From an uncultured Gammaproteobacteria bacterium (GTDB taxonomy: Bacteria > Patescibacteriota > Microgenomatia > Daviesbacterales > UBA10151), in assembly GCA_964500725.1 (NCBI GenBank), contig CAZCNP010000001.1, positions 64,766-128,765 of the forward strand: a stretch of DNA of 64,000 bases, in the 5' to 3' direction. Shown in pieces: positions 50,313 through 61,384 of this stretch. Under the pieces are notes generated by a model, which saw only the letters and a program-made list of their open reading frames with translations, did no database searches and was not told the origin of the DNA. The translations under genes were made by a program, and so were the position numbers. The stretch's first letter is position 1, and each line of letters begins with the position of its first letter.

Positions 50313-50950
50313 CTTATCTCCAGTTCCAGATTATCAACTTGCTCTAAAATATTTTTAGATGTGGCAGCCTCCACTAAATTAGAAGCTGTGGTTGAACCTT
50401 TCTTAAAATCAACTGTTAAAGATGTTTTGCCAGGGATTTTTGCCTTAAAATTTATCAAAGCAAATTGTCCAGAACCTTTAAAACTTTTATTTAAACTACT
50501 GATCCCTGAAATTGAAATCAAACCATTTTTGACGTCTACAGACGCCAGAGGGTATTCATCAAATATTTTTCCTTTGATGATGGCAGTCCCTGATGCCTCT
50601 AAAACTTTGAGATCAAAGCGGACTATCAAATCAGCTCCGGAGACAGCTTTTTCACCAGTATCTACTACTACCGTAACAGGCACTACCTCTCCCACACGCA
50701 AACTTGTTTTAGTAGTATTTAAAGAAATTTTAGAAATAGTTGAAACCATGCTAACCTGATTATTATTAGTTTGAGTTACTACAGAAGAACTGCGGGTAAT
50801 CAAAACTTTAACAACAGATATAACCTCTATTAAAACAATAATACCTAAAATTGAAAAAACAACTCTAGGAATTGTTAAGAAGTTTTTGACTTTATCAAAT
50901 TTCTTTTGATTATTTTGCTGAGAAAAAACTTGCACATCTAAATTATCCAT
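50309..50950 (-). CDS. membrane-anchored cohesin-like domain protein
   Basis: N-terminal TM segment; GEVVPVTVVVDTGEKAVSGADLIVRFD. Confidence 0.4.
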   Translation of the reverse strand: MDNLDVQVFSQQNNQKKFDKVKNFLTIPRVVFSILGIIVLIEVISVVKVLITRSSSVVTQTNNNQVSMVSTISKISLNTTKTSLRVGEVVPVTVVVDTGEKAVSGADLIVRFDLKVLEASGTAIIKGKIFDEYPLASVDVKNGLISISGISSLNKSFKGSGQFALINFKAKIPGKTSLTVDFKKGSTTASNLVEAATSKNILEQVDNLELEIR

Positions 50951-50992
50951 ATAATATTAATGTAGTACAATTTCCCTTCTTTTACCAGCCCG

Positions 50993-52768
50993 TCATGGCG
51001 AAGCAGCTGGACTTGGACTTACAGCTGGGGTGGGGGTAGGAGTAGAACTCTGGCTCGGGCTTGGGCTAGAAGCGGTAGAAGCTGCGGGGCTTGGACTGGA
51101 AGATGGGGCCGCCGCCGCTGCAGGACCGCCGGCAGCTGGTTCTGAATCATCTGAGGAGCCAAAGTCATGTCTCATACAGGCCCAATCTACAGAATTAACT
51201 CTGCCATCTTGGTTAAAATCAGCGGTTCTGCCTGCTGCATCGATGGCAACAATCCACTGACGAACCAGCTCAGCCCTATCTAAGCTGTTAATTACCCCGT
51301 CTCCAAGGGCTGGGAAAATATCTCCAACAGGTAAAACAAAATTATTAACATTTGTAGTACCATTTCCTGCTGTAAATTCAGCAGTCCTCCGGAGCGATCT
51401 TGGAGCTTTTAAGGATAATTTATAATTTTTGCCTTCTTCTAATTTTTGAGTCAAACCAGTAATTACACCACTTGTATCAATACTTACTTTTTGTTTTGTC
51501 TTTGTGCCTGTATCAAACGCTCCTGCCAGGACCAGATCAACATTACTCACTGCTGCTGCAGCAGTCTGGCCGCAGAAAAACCTGGCTCCAACAGAAAGCT
51601 GAGAAATAGCGCTACATTGGCTTTCAGCAACTTGGCCATCTGAATCTGTCAAGGTTACAGGCAATGCTTGTCCCTCTGGAGCATTTGGCCAAACTGCTTT
51701 AACACGATTGTTTTTCCACTCTTTAACCTGCAGTTCTGTCTCATCACTTTTGACCAGACCTTTATTGGCACCAAAACCATGACTTTTCTCTGCTGTCAAA
51801 GTAATAATGGTGTTGCTGCCTTCAAAGCTTAACAAACAGCTGGCTATGCTAGGTTCTCCCAACAGTCTAATACTGGCCTGATGCCTAACACTGGCATCAC
51901 TGGAACCTTGAAATTCCACAAAAATAGTCTTCAGGCCGGGAGTCTGATCTTTAAACTCAAAATCGCGAAGCGTAGGCTCAGCAGTATAAGGCTCCAAAAG
52001 AGCTGCAGCCAAATCAGTTGGGTTTTCAGCAACCCTAAAAAATGAGGTGGTGGTAGCAGGGAGAATTTGAACAATTCCTCCCTGAGCGCCCGCTGTCAAA
52101 GGACCTGCCCGATCTGAGGAAGTAGCACTAATGTCGCCAAAATTAAGCTGGGCCACCCCGGCTAGACTTTTGGTTTTAAATTGCAGTATCCCTAAATTAA
52201 CTTCACCAGAAACTCTGGCAACAGAGGCTGATCTTACTCCAGTAAAGCGCCAAGACCCTGACAGATTATTTTTTTCATTAATAATCTGATCGATACGACT
52301 CTCAGAAGAAGGGACAAAATTTATAAGCTCTAATTTTTCTTTGTCAAAACTTAGAGTAACATCTACTGCTGAAATATTAAACGAGCCAGCATTTAGTTTG
52401 AAAGACACATTAAAAGTTTCATTAAATGGTTTAGAAACTTGTGCTGAATCTAAGATAAAAGATACGTCACCACTAGTTGAGGCAGGAGTGGGGATGGGGA
52501 GTGCACTAGAGGTGGCAGGTGCCCCTGGAGCGCCTAAACTAGAAGTCAGTTCCAAAGAAATTTTACTCTTAAGTGCCACCCACTGGCTATTCCTTTGAGC
52601 CACATTATCTCCTTTAAATACAATTGGAGAATTGGCAGCCCTGGATTGAATAATTTTTTGCTGGCTGAGTAATTTTATTCCCAAAGGAAGGGCCAAAATC
52701 AGTATCCCCAAAAGGAGGAAACTGATAAGATGTTTTTTATTCTTAAATAAATCTAAAAATTCTCTCAT
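50993..52768 (-). CDS. secreted protein with a dockerin-like repeat pair and a Pro/Ala/Ser-rich C-terminus
   Basis: GDGVINSLDRAEL ... DFNQDGRVNSVDWACM are dockerin type I-like repeats. Confidence 0.55.
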   Translation of the reverse strand: MREFLDLFKNKKHLISFLLLGILILALPLGIKLLSQQKIIQSRAANSPIVFKGDNVAQRNSQWVALKSKISLELTSSLGAPGAPATSSALPIPTPASTSGDVSFILDSAQVSKPFNETFNVSFKLNAGSFNISAVDVTLSFDKEKLELINFVPSSESRIDQIINEKNNLSGSWRFTGVRSASVARVSGEVNLGILQFKTKSLAGVAQLNFGDISATSSDRAGPLTAGAQGGIVQILPATTTSFFRVAENPTDLAAALLEPYTAEPTLRDFEFKDQTPGLKTIFVEFQGSSDASVRHQASIRLLGEPSIASCLLSFEGSNTIITLTAEKSHGFGANKGLVKSDETELQVKEWKNNRVKAVWPNAPEGQALPVTLTDSDGQVAESQCSAISQLSVGARFFCGQTAAAAVSNVDLVLAGAFDTGTKTKQKVSIDTSGVITGLTQKLEEGKNYKLSLKAPRSLRRTAEFTAGNGTTNVNNFVLPVGDIFPALGDGVINSLDRAELVRQWIVAIDAAGRTADFNQDGRVNSVDWACMRHDFGSSDDSEPAAGGPAAAAAPSSSPSPAASTASSPSPSQSSTPTPTPAVSPSPAASP

Positions 52769-52771
52769 ATT

Positions 52772-53980
52772 TTACGGGCACAGGTTAAGGCCAGCATCAA
52801 ATTCCCTGCGCCAAATATTATAATCCTTAATATCAATCACTCCGTCTCCTTTTTGATTGTTGTTACACTCTGGATAGAAATCAGCTGTCTCAGTAGTTAC
52901 TGCTCCTACGAATTCACTATACCAGGTATTGTAATCATCAATACTCACACATAGATTTCCACCTATTGTATCCCCATTGATACAAGGAGGAATACATGTA
53001 TTAGTTGCTGAACAAATATATTCAGCGGTAGCGCAAGTTTTACTGGCTACAGTACAAGAGGCGCCAGTTACAGTAGTACAAGTACCACCAGTGGATAAGG
53101 TAGTTTTATTACAGGTTCCAGTTAAGTTAGTACCACAGGCTGTAGCAGTAGTACATACATCTGCAGCAGCAGTCCCACAGGTATCACAACCAGCGCAGGC
53201 TTGGGTATTACATGCTGTCACTGCTGATCTGGTTTCTGTCCTATTAGTAGCGGTAGTTAGAGTACCATCAAGTTTTGTACATTCTGTCCCACCAGCACCA
53301 GGTGCAGGTGCAGAGCATGTCCTGGTTTCTCCGGTTAAAGTACCTCCTCCACATGTTACAGTACAAGTGCCACCACTCCAAGCAGACCAGGTACCATTAG
53401 TAGGACCTGCAATAGTATAAGTAGTAGTTGTTGTACCTCCAATAGCCACGGTACCTGCTTGATCTTTGGCAACAATCTGATTGGTAGTAATAGTAATTGT
53501 AGCTGTCCCTGCGCTAATAGCTGTAAAAGTAAGCTTTCCTAGCGGAACATAAGTCCGGGAAACTAAATCACCAGTCTTGCTAACAGCAACATAATGCACA
53601 GTTATAGGATTTACAGCAGGATTTCTACTTTCCAATACCAATTCCGGTAAAACAGTCGTATCTTTTGAAAAAGTATCCAGCCTCAGGTTATTAGCATAGG
53701 TAATAGTTACATCCACGCCGGTAATCCGTGCCGCCGGATTCAAATTAATGCCAAATTCAAGATCAAAGACGCTGTTTATATTCACAGATCCTGTTGGGGT
53801 AGGTGGTATAAATACCAAACTGCCAGCATCAGTTGCTTTTGAACGCAAATCCTGTTGTTGTTTGGCCAAATAAAAAGTTACAGGTATACCAATCACAACC
53901 ACTAAAATTATAATCAGGACTAAGATATGTCCCTGCAGCAAATTCCTAACATCAATTAATTTCTCTTTTATGTTATTCAT
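52772..53980 (-). CDS. membrane-anchored protein with a TSP1 repeat, a Cys/Thr-rich region and a C-terminal dockerin-like module
   Basis: WSAWSGGTCTVTCGGGTLTGETRTCSAP ... GDGVIDIKDYNIWRREF. Confidence 0.55.
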   Translation of the reverse strand: MNNIKEKLIDVRNLLQGHILVLIIILVVVIGIPVTFYLAKQQQDLRSKATDAGSLVFIPPTPTGSVNINSVFDLEFGINLNPAARITGVDVTITYANNLRLDTFSKDTTVLPELVLESRNPAVNPITVHYVAVSKTGDLVSRTYVPLGKLTFTAISAGTATITITTNQIVAKDQAGTVAIGGTTTTTYTIAGPTNGTWSAWSGGTCTVTCGGGTLTGETRTCSAPAPGAGGTECTKLDGTLTTATNRTETRSAVTACNTQACAGCDTCGTAAADVCTTATACGTNLTGTCNKTTLSTGGTCTTVTGASCTVASKTCATAEYICSATNTCIPPCINGDTIGGNLCVSIDDYNTWYSEFVGAVTTETADFYPECNNNQKGDGVIDIKDYNIWRREFDAGLNLCP

Positions 53981-55191
53981 TGTCTTGCAAATTGGCTCCT
54001 CCAGGTGTTAAAAAGCACCAGATCTACTGCCACATCCGCACAATTATTAAGAGCAGGGGGGGCATTTGTAATAGAATTCCCATTAATAAAAGCTGTTCTC
54101 CATTTATCAAAGTCTGCCTGCTCAATCCTTCCGTTGCCATCAATATCACCACTGACACTACAGGAAGCAACTGTACAGGTAAAATCAGCTCCAGCATAGA
54201 CACCTTTGTAAGGAGATTGTTCTCCTTGTCTAACACCCTGAATACTGGTGTTATATTTCATGCCTGTTACTATTTTAGCTCTTAAAGTAGTAGAAGTATT
54301 GCCTTGAGTATTTGCTCCAAAATCTTTATTATTACCAGTTGGAGCAATTAAAGTTGTACCAGTATATATACCTAAATTTTCAGGATGCCAACCATCATCT
54401 TGATCGTTAGGAAAAGCATTAGTTCTCACAACATAAGCAACAGACTCAGGGATTGGATCCCAAGTAACTGTGACCACGGTACCATCAGCAGAACACACAG
54501 GTTGTAGGTGCGAAGCTGCAGGAAGGGGATTAGGAGGTGGAGCGGGAGGTGGATTTGCGGTAACTGTGACCGATGTCAGACCAGTGCCACTACAGGTACA
54601 AGCAGCTTGCCCAGCAGGAATATTGCAGCTGCTGGAATTGTATAAGGTAAAGGTATAATTATTATTAGGCTGTATCCAAGTAGCAGCTTGGGATTGAGCT
54701 CCAGAACCACTGCTAGCAAAAACAGTACCAGGAGCAGGATTGCCAGTTCCACTGACACAAACAAAAGTACTGCTGGTATTACTGCTAGTCCAGGAGATGG
54801 AAGAAGTACAAGTACCAGCTCCAGCTGCTACATTACAAGGATTAGGACTGGCAGTAATTGATCCGGTTGGGGTGTTGCTGCCATCCCCACCGCTGCCACC
54901 TCCTCCACCCGAAATGTCACATTCCTCCATACCGCTCCATGACGCAACTGCATCAGGACCATTTGGACATTCAATACCTGATGTACTTTCTCCGCAGGCG
55001 GTACATGCGTACACGCAAGCTTTCTGACCTTTACCGGGCTTGTTACCCTTACTCGCATCACATATACTATCACAGCCCACCCTCCTCGTACCAGTGCAAG
55101 CCTGGTATGCCTTACTAGAAGTTGTAGTAAACAATACAAGAACCATTAATTCCAGGAAAATAAAAACTATAAAAATTAACTTCTTTTTCAT
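53977..55191 (-). CDS. secreted Cys-rich protein with a C-terminal dockerin-like module
   Basis: Signal peptide; GDIDGNGRIEQADFDKWRTAF. Confidence 0.5.
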   Translation of the reverse strand: MKKKLIFIVFIFLELMVLVLFTTTSSKAYQACTGTRRVGCDSICDASKGNKPGKGQKACVYACTACGESTSGIECPNGPDAVASWSGMEECDISGGGGGSGGDGSNTPTGSITASPNPCNVAAGAGTCTSSISWTSSNTSSTFVCVSGTGNPAPGTVFASSGSGAQSQAATWIQPNNNYTFTLYNSSSCNIPAGQAACTCSGTGLTSVTVTANPPPAPPPNPLPAASHLQPVCSADGTVVTVTWDPIPESVAYVVRTNAFPNDQDDGWHPENLGIYTGTTLIAPTGNNKDFGANTQGNTSTTLRAKIVTGMKYNTSIQGVRQGEQSPYKGVYAGADFTCTVASCSVSGDIDGNGRIEQADFDKWRTAFINGNSITNAPPALNNCADVAVDLVLFNTWRSQFARQ

Positions 55192-55303
55192 TCTAAAAAC
55201 TCTCCCTTGATATAAAGGGCTGTATATCTAAACTTAACCATTTAGGATAGCTTTGTCAACCCCGATTTAGCCTGTCCCGATATAATCGGGATCGGAGTCA
55301 AAC

Positions 55304-55546
55304 TTACCTCGGGGAAGCTGGAGCAAGGTCAGATTTAAGTTCAAACTCTACAGTAGGACTGGTTGTTTCCCAAGTATTACCATTTTTAGTTATATTTGGT
55401 CCAGCAACAGGAGTTATAGGATCAGAAGAAGCTTTAGAAAATAATTTTAATGGGTTTCCAGAGGTAATCAAATATATTCCAGCAACAAGACCTACAAGAA
55501 GTAAAAGCAAGATAAGAATATGGGCAAAACCTTTTTGGCTTTTCAT
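55304..55546 (-). CDS. small N-terminally anchored protein (hypothetical)
   Basis: TM helix HILILLLLLVGLVAGIYLI. Confidence 0.35.
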   Translation of the reverse strand: MKSQKGFAHILILLLLLVGLVAGIYLITSGNPLKLFSKASSDPITPVAGPNITKNGNTWETTSPTVEFELKSDLAPASPR

Positions 55547-55585
55547 CTAACTTAAGTATAATCACATATTTTTACCGCTGTCAAT

Positions 55586-58500
55586 CTAGCGATTTGAAAC
55601 TCCCAGATACAATACTGATTTATCTCCACAGCTATACCAATTCCATCCACCTGCGGATATGGGGTAGGAAACATATGGATTGCCTGAACAAGCTTTAGAG
55701 TTTGATTGAACATCAACTATAACTGCATAATTACCTCCACTATTTAAAGTAAAACTGGCAGAATATGAAGAAGCAGTTGAAGATCCGACTTCATACCAAA
55801 CACAATTTAGAGAAGAAGCATTAACACAATTAAATTTGTTAATATTATATCCCAAAATATCAGAGCTAGTGATACGAGTCCTGTCTGTTCCATCATTTGA
55901 CTTGGCAATATAAATATGGCTGCCAGTTACAGAGGATGAGGAACTGATACCAGCATTAAAAGTTACTGCCTGGCCTAAGATTGCTGTATTAGGCCCACTA
56001 ATTGAAGCTGTGGGATATGAGGAATCACCAACTACAGAAGATGCGCATGGACGGCTGTTACAAGATTGGTTTTGGGATGAATCGCCGGAACAATCAGTAC
56101 CTCCATTGGCAGGAGTAGGGTTAGTACAAGTTCTGCTTCTTGTCTGATTTCCACTACCACAGCTTACAGAACAAACAGACCAACTACTCCAGGCTGACCA
56201 TCCTCCATTAACTGCAGCGGGAGCTACTGTTGGAGCAGCTGTAGCAGATGGAACAGGAGTAGCAGCAGGTGCTGTGGTTGGAGCTGTGGTTGGAGTTGTG
56301 GTTGGAGCAGTAGTAGGAACTGGTGTTGAAGCAACTGTAGCAGCTGGAACAGGAGTAGCAGCAGAGGCTAACACTATTTTGAGTTGATGAATTATTTCTC
56401 TGCCTTTATTGGTTTTAAACTTAACAAAGATAAATTTATCTCCTGGAGCAGTGGAGAAGGTATGGGAAACTTTAATATTATCTGTATAATTTAATTCAGA
56501 ACCCCATTCAGTATCACCAGTAGGTCTATTATCATAGGCTACCTGATATTTAATGGTATATTCAGGAGACTGTGTAGGAGAGGGGGATGGATTTGCTGAA
56601 GAAACAACTAAATCAATTTTTGATGAAGTACCACAACTGTAAAAAGTCATGCCTCCACTAGTAACAGGATAAGTAGTATATGGATTACCACTGCATAATC
56701 TCTGATTAGCATTAGCCCCAGATGGCTTTGCGTTTACAATTATTTTATAATTACCAGACTGAAGAGGGGTAAAACTTGTTACAACTCTATTCTCATTACT
56801 ACTACCTAGTTTGTACCAAATACAACCATCTCCATCACAATTGAAATTACTTTGACTGAGGTTTGCTATATCATTACTATTTATCTTTGATCCCTGGCCA
56901 TTGTTATCTCTGGCTACCCAGATATCACTGTTTTCTATACCAGTTGAACTGACAAGTGAGGCAATATAACTCAAACTCTGACCAACACTACCTTCACCCG
57001 GACCTCTTAACATAGCACTAGGATGATCTACAGGAGTAAGCAAAGGCAGTTGCAGAGTAGCCAAACCAATATCATGGAACAAATATCCCCCCATATCACT
57101 GCCTGTTCCTCCTGAATTATTTCCCCACCCATCTCTTGCTCCAAAATATAAGAAAAGTTTAGAATTATCAGGAGACTCAACTACTGTTGGTAGGTTAATC
57201 GAAACATTAGTTTGAGGATTATTAAACTTCATCCAAGGGAAAGGCCCTGCTTGAGTAATAATTTGCGCCCTGTTTTCTCCAGGCCATTTAGCTAAAGGAT
57301 TTTTGGTCCAGAAAGCGTCAACTCTTGGAAGACCTCCAGAAATAGCATTGTAAAACATCACATGATTACCGCTGCCTTGATCAAAATAATAAATAGGCCC
57401 TTCTTCTGCTGTTCCAATCTTAGTTGCTTGATCTATGGGAGTAAAAAGAGGGTTCCCGCTCCAAGGAGTCCAAGGGCCAAGGGGGGAGGAAGATGAGGTA
57501 GCGTAACCTGAAGTAATAGCATGGCAACCTGCTTCGCCATCTCCTTGATGCCCACCTGTTCCTTCCCATTTGCCATTTTCATATTGTGTTTGTCCTGCTA
57601 AAAACAGTACCCAAGTCCCATTAATTTGATGAGGTACCCCATTGGCAGTTATATAATCACAACCCCATATCATATTACCTCCACTACAACTTCTTATTTG
57701 TTGTTGACAATAATTTAGATCAGCAGGTACCACAACAGAAGAATTTTGGGAAATTCTGGTAAAAGGACCCAAAGGAGAGTTAGCCTCAGACAAACCTGAT
57801 CTGGCAGGATACCTGCTACTTCCATCACCATTTGGAAGTTGGGTAGCTAAATCCCAGTAAAGGACACTCCCATCCACAGGGTGCCAGGCTTCCCAGGTGT
57901 AGGCATACCATTTGCCATTGTACGGAAAAACATTGGCATACATAAATGATGTTCCAGAAAATCCTGCCGTTTCTGATTCTCTTTCCCATTCACCTTTAGC
58001 TCCTAAAACCTTTAAAGGTCCCTTTTTGGTAAAGTTAATTCCGTCAGAAGAGGTAGCCACACAAGATTTCCAACCTATTACTTCCTCTAAGTTTCTATTA
58101 AAATCCAAAGATCCAGGAAAATCGGTTGGAGTAGAAACACCAGCATCAGTTACCCTTTCCAGTTGCACACCATCCCAGAAACTGGTAAATCTAGTTGCTG
58201 TTGGGGTAGCAAAGGAAATAGTTACAGCCTTAGCATTTGAGTCAGTGGTAAATTTGACATAAATTCTTTGCCAATTATTATTTCCTCTCTTAATCACTGA
58301 TGCAGTGGAAGAATCAATAACATTTTCTGCAAAGTTTCTTGGATCAGATTTATATTGCTTAACAATTAGCCCCATTTCTGTATTAGAATCAGCCCAAAAA
58401 TAGGCAGAGGCAATATATGTAGTATTGGGGGTTACTAAAAGCCCCATTGGTGAGGCTAAATTAGCCTCAGTATGATTATTATTATAATAATAATTACCTG

Positions 58501-58870
58501 TATAAGCCCCTCCTCCCTTGGTACCATCTGTTTCAACTTTTAAACTTCTTTCTCCAAACAACTTCTTTTCTGAAACTGAGGAAACACTAGCGTGCCAGGT
58601 ATCCCAACCATTTACTCCTAAATTACTCTCAAAAGATGGATTTAATAGATTCTCAGTACAATCATAGTAAAGATAATAAGTTCCATTATCTTTAACTACA
58701 AATGGATCCCTGGCTCCCAGCAAATCATGATAGCTGCTATTGCCCCAACGGATTACTGGTTGGGAATAAATTTGGGGATTTGCAATATTGTCTGTAGCTG
58801 CTCCCAACACCGAAGCAGGGGAAAAGGGGAGAAGTAATATAGAAAATAAGGCAATAATAATCTTTTTCAT
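55586..58870 (-). CDS. 1094-aa secreted multidomain protein: glycoside-hydrolase-like beta-propeller with CBM4_9-like insert, Thr/Pro linker, TSP1 repeat, Ig-like C-terminal repeats
   Basis: Signal peptide; [15 protein letters not shown] (GH43/32-like); NPSFESNLG (CBM4_9-like); [28 protein letters not shown] (TSP1). Confidence 0.6.
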   Translation of the reverse strand: MKKIIIALFSILLLPFSPASVLGAATDNIANPQIYSQPVIRWGNSSYHDLLGARDPFVVKDNGTYYLYYDCTENLLNPSFESNLGVNGWDTWHASVSSVSEKKLFGERSLKVETDGTKGGGAYTGNYYYNNNHTEANLASPMGLLVTPNTTYIASAYFWADSNTEMGLIVKQYKSDPRNFAENVIDSSTASVIKRGNNNWQRIYVKFTTDSNAKAVTISFATPTATRFTSFWDGVQLERVTDAGVSTPTDFPGSLDFNRNLEEVIGWKSCVATSSDGINFTKKGPLKVLGAKGEWERESETAGFSGTSFMYANVFPYNGKWYAYTWEAWHPVDGSVLYWDLATQLPNGDGSSRYPARSGLSEANSPLGPFTRISQNSSVVVPADLNYCQQQIRSCSGGNMIWGCDYITANGVPHQINGTWVLFLAGQTQYENGKWEGTGGHQGDGEAGCHAITSGYATSSSSPLGPWTPWSGNPLFTPIDQATKIGTAEEGPIYYFDQGSGNHVMFYNAISGGLPRVDAFWTKNPLAKWPGENRAQIITQAGPFPWMKFNNPQTNVSINLPTVVESPDNSKLFLYFGARDGWGNNSGGTGSDMGGYLFHDIGLATLQLPLLTPVDHPSAMLRGPGEGSVGQSLSYIASLVSSTGIENSDIWVARDNNGQGSKINSNDIANLSQSNFNCDGDGCIWYKLGSSNENRVVTSFTPLQSGNYKIIVNAKPSGANANQRLCSGNPYTTYPVTSGGMTFYSCGTSSKIDLVVSSANPSPSPTQSPEYTIKYQVAYDNRPTGDTEWGSELNYTDNIKVSHTFSTAPGDKFIFVKFKTNKGREIIHQLKIVLASAATPVPAATVASTPVPTTAPTTTPTTAPTTAPAATPVPSATAAPTVAPAAVNGGWSAWSSWSVCSVSCGSGNQTRSRTCTNPTPANGGTDCSGDSSQNQSCNSRPCASSVVGDSSYPTASISGPNTAILGQAVTFNAGISSSSSVTGSHIYIAKSNDGTDRTRITSSDILGYNINKFNCVNASSLNCVWYEVGSSTASSYSASFTLNSGGNYAVIVDVQSNSKACSGNPYVSYPISAGGWNWYSCGDKSVLYLGVSNR

Positions 58871-59277
58871 TAGTTAAAAGTTGTTGGTGATTTATCGCCA
58901 CTCTGAGGTATCTGTATCTGTGCAGGAACTGGAGTGGGAATTACACTGCTGCTAGAGGCCTTTGGCTGTGAACTCGGAACTGGAGTTATTGCAACACCTG
59001 TTTGAATCGAAGTTGATACAGACTTAGCAGTACTAGCAGGACTATAACCCCTTGACATCTCTGGCAATGATCCGCCTGCAGACTGAGGATTGATTGGTAT
59101 CTTTTGAGTATTTTGTATAGGACTATTAGCTTTTACAAAAGTACCAGTAGTCTTCTTTTGTCCATTATAATTTTTGAGTATAAAAAACCCTGTTGCAGCT
59201 ATCCCTATAATAAGGAAGACAATAACTAAAACAAAAACAATAAAACCTTCTTGAGATTCTAACCTATTTTTGGGCAT
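58870..59277 (-). CDS. small membrane-anchored Ser/Pro-rich protein (hypothetical)
   Basis: N-terminal TM segment; low-complexity tail. Confidence 0.35.
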   Translation of the reverse strand: MPKNRLESQEGFIVFVLVIVFLIIGIAATGFFILKNYNGQKKTTGTFVKANSPIQNTQKIPINPQSAGGSLPEMSRGYSPASTAKSVSTSIQTGVAITPVPSSQPKASSSSVIPTPVPAQIQIPQSGDKSPTTFN

Positions 59278-59375
59278 CTAACACTAATATGAACCTTCTT
59301 ATAACTAATTGTCAAATACCGAAGGAGGAAATATATTGTGCGACAACAAATAGCTTTTAAATTACAGTTAGCAAA

Positions 59376-59912
59376 TTAACGTAATTTTGCATTTTTCTGA
59401 TTCAAAAAGGCTTGTTTATGTTTAACATACTCAAAAAAACGGGGATTGGCAACAAACTCAAAAACTTTCACTTCTGCTGAATGAGGATAGGGGAGAATTA
59501 ACACCTTCTTAGTAGCAGGAAGAGCAAGGTACTTTTCAAGCTTTAAAGCATTGGTGTCACCACATTCTGTAGGAAAATATAAATCCTTATCTATTACATC
59601 AACTTCAAAACCTATTAAAGGATATTCGTATTTTATATCTTTTTCAAACACGCCACATTGCGATGTTAAATAATCTTTGGCAAAAGATTTTAAAGCTAAA
59701 TGCCCATCATTTTCACCGCTTTTTGAAAACCCATTCTTTGAATCCAAAACAAAATCTATCTTTGTAATAAATTCATCAGGTTGGGCAAGCACTTGCGATG
59801 AAATAGTAAACAATCCTTCCTGATGCATCCAAGCAATTTCATCAATATTGTCCCAATCAATATTTGGAGTAAAATTGCTGTAAAATATTTTTACAAAATC
59901 TTCACTTGTCAT
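59376..59912 (-). CDS. hypothetical protein (nuclease-fold?) downstream of the integrase
   Basis: 178 aa; LIGFEVDVIDKD...ECGDT is a weak PD-(D/E)xK-like pattern. Confidence 0.3.
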   Translation of the reverse strand: MTSEDFVKIFYSNFTPNIDWDNIDEIAWMHQEGLFTISSQVLAQPDEFITKIDFVLDSKNGFSKSGENDGHLALKSFAKDYLTSQCGVFEKDIKYEYPLIGFEVDVIDKDLYFPTECGDTNALKLEKYLALPATKKVLILPYPHSAEVKVFEFVANPRFFEYVKHKQAFLNQKNAKLR

Positions 59913-60918
59913 TTGCTTCAGCTAATGGATGATACTTTCGATGAGTTTCTTGAGCAAATCTATCAGAAGCATTAATATACCTGGTAGTAGTACCTAGAGA
60001 TTCATGTCCTAATAAAATCTGTATAGCAGCAGCAGAAGCACCATTCTCAGCCATATAAGTAGCAAAACCGTGTCTTAAGGAATGCGGAGTAGTTGGCAGA
60101 TTTATCCTCAAGGCCTCTCTATACTTTTGAATTTTTCCTTGGATATAACGAGCTGTTAGTCGCTGGGGTATACCTTTTCCTGTTGTCTTACTTTTAGTTG
60201 GTACAAATAGCGCCTGCTCTCGATCCTGTCTCAATTTTAAGTAACTCTCCAAACAAGACTTGGCACGATCGGTTAAATAAACAAATCTCTGTTTTCTTCC
60301 TTTACCGATTATAAAAATCCTACCCTCATCATTTAAATCGCGTTTATTCAGATTTACTAATTCGGAAATGCGCATCCCTGTAGAAAACAGGGTCTCTAAA
60401 ACTGCCCTATTTCTCGCACCAATCAGTGAGTGTTTTTCCAAACGAGAGGGACTTTCTATCAAAGCAACTAGATCTTGAAAATCTGCTACGTTCGGATGAG
60501 GCCTTCCCCGTTTGACCATCTTGAAGAAATCAGGGATAACCGGACAATCGTACTCCTGATCAATAAGAAACCTAATGTAGGCTCTCACCGCGGACAAACA
60601 TCTGTTAATACTAATAGCAGCCAATCTGCGTGACGATTTTTCCTTCAGGAAGGAAGTTTTCCGATCTTTTGACGCAAGATAAGCTTTGAATTCCAAAACA
60701 GAGCGTTTATCTAAATCTTTAATATATAGATTTCTCGATTCAAGAAAGTTGTCAAATAACAAAAGGTCGCTTTTATAATGGTAAATCGTCTCAGGAGAAT
60801 AATTATTGGTTTCCAAAAATAAATAGAAGTCTTCAATTAGATCCAACCTTAAGGCTTTATGATTACCAAAACTACTTTTAGGTTCAGACATTTTATTTAA
60901 GACCATTGAGTCTTTCAA
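59902..60918 (-). CDS. tyrosine recombinase/integrase with an N-terminal SAM-like domain
   Basis: HSLRHGFATYMAENGASAAAIQILLGHESLGTTTRY. Confidence 0.8.
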   Translation of the reverse strand: MKDSMVLNKMSEPKSSFGNHKALRLDLIEDFYLFLETNNYSPETIYHYKSDLLLFDNFLESRNLYIKDLDKRSVLEFKAYLASKDRKTSFLKEKSSRRLAAISINRCLSAVRAYIRFLIDQEYDCPVIPDFFKMVKRGRPHPNVADFQDLVALIESPSRLEKHSLIGARNRAVLETLFSTGMRISELVNLNKRDLNDEGRIFIIGKGRKQRFVYLTDRAKSCLESYLKLRQDREQALFVPTKSKTTGKGIPQRLTARYIQGKIQKYREALRINLPTTPHSLRHGFATYMAENGASAAAIQILLGHESLGTTTRYINASDRFAQETHRKYHPLAEANDK

Positions 60919-61384
60919 AGATTAAATTAAGACCTTGATGTTCCGAATCGATTACAGTCTCAACTCTAGCCCGTCCCTTTTTTCTCTTAAAATCACCTGT
61001 GGATGGCCTTAAATAAAAAAATTGATCCCTTTTTATGGTATCTCTAGCAAAAACTAAGAATTTATATAAGTCGAGATTCTCTTCAAGTAACACAAAGACA
61101 TAATAATCTGATCTAGATCTTTTTAAGGCTCCAAATTGCCAACCCGAAGAATACGCTTTATCTACACCTTGTTTGGCATAACTATATGTAGAGCGCTTAC
61201 AGTTTCTGCTATAAATTGCTGTCTTAACTTCTAGAGTAATATTTCCTTCTATTATTATGTCTGCTAGGGTATTTATGTTTTGACTCCCAAGAATATAACA
61301 GTTAAAACCCTTTTTAAGTATTTCGGAATAGAGTAGTGCTTCACCTAATTTGCCCAAAATAGTCCTACTAGAGGAGTTTCTCAT
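60893..61384 (-). CDS. PD-(D/E)xK nuclease-fold protein (hypothetical)
   Basis: ...LADIIIEGNITLEVKTAI is a D...E-x-K motif. Overlaps the integrase start by 26 nt. Confidence 0.4.
   Translation of the reverse strand: MRNSSSRTILGKLGEALLYSEILKKGFNCYILGSQNINTLADIIIEGNITLEVKTAIYSRNCKRSTYSYAKQGVDKAYSSGWQFGALKRSRSDYYVFVLLEENLDLYKFLVFARDTIKRDQFFYLRPSTGDFKRKKGRARVETVIDSEHQGLNLIFERLNGLK

Noticed and set aside
54005-55139. Cluster of 60-100-aa ORFs on both strands inside 53977..55191
   Set aside because: All are nested within the long Cys-rich secreted-protein ORF. They arise from low-complexity GC-richer sequence (Gly/Pro/Ala runs).
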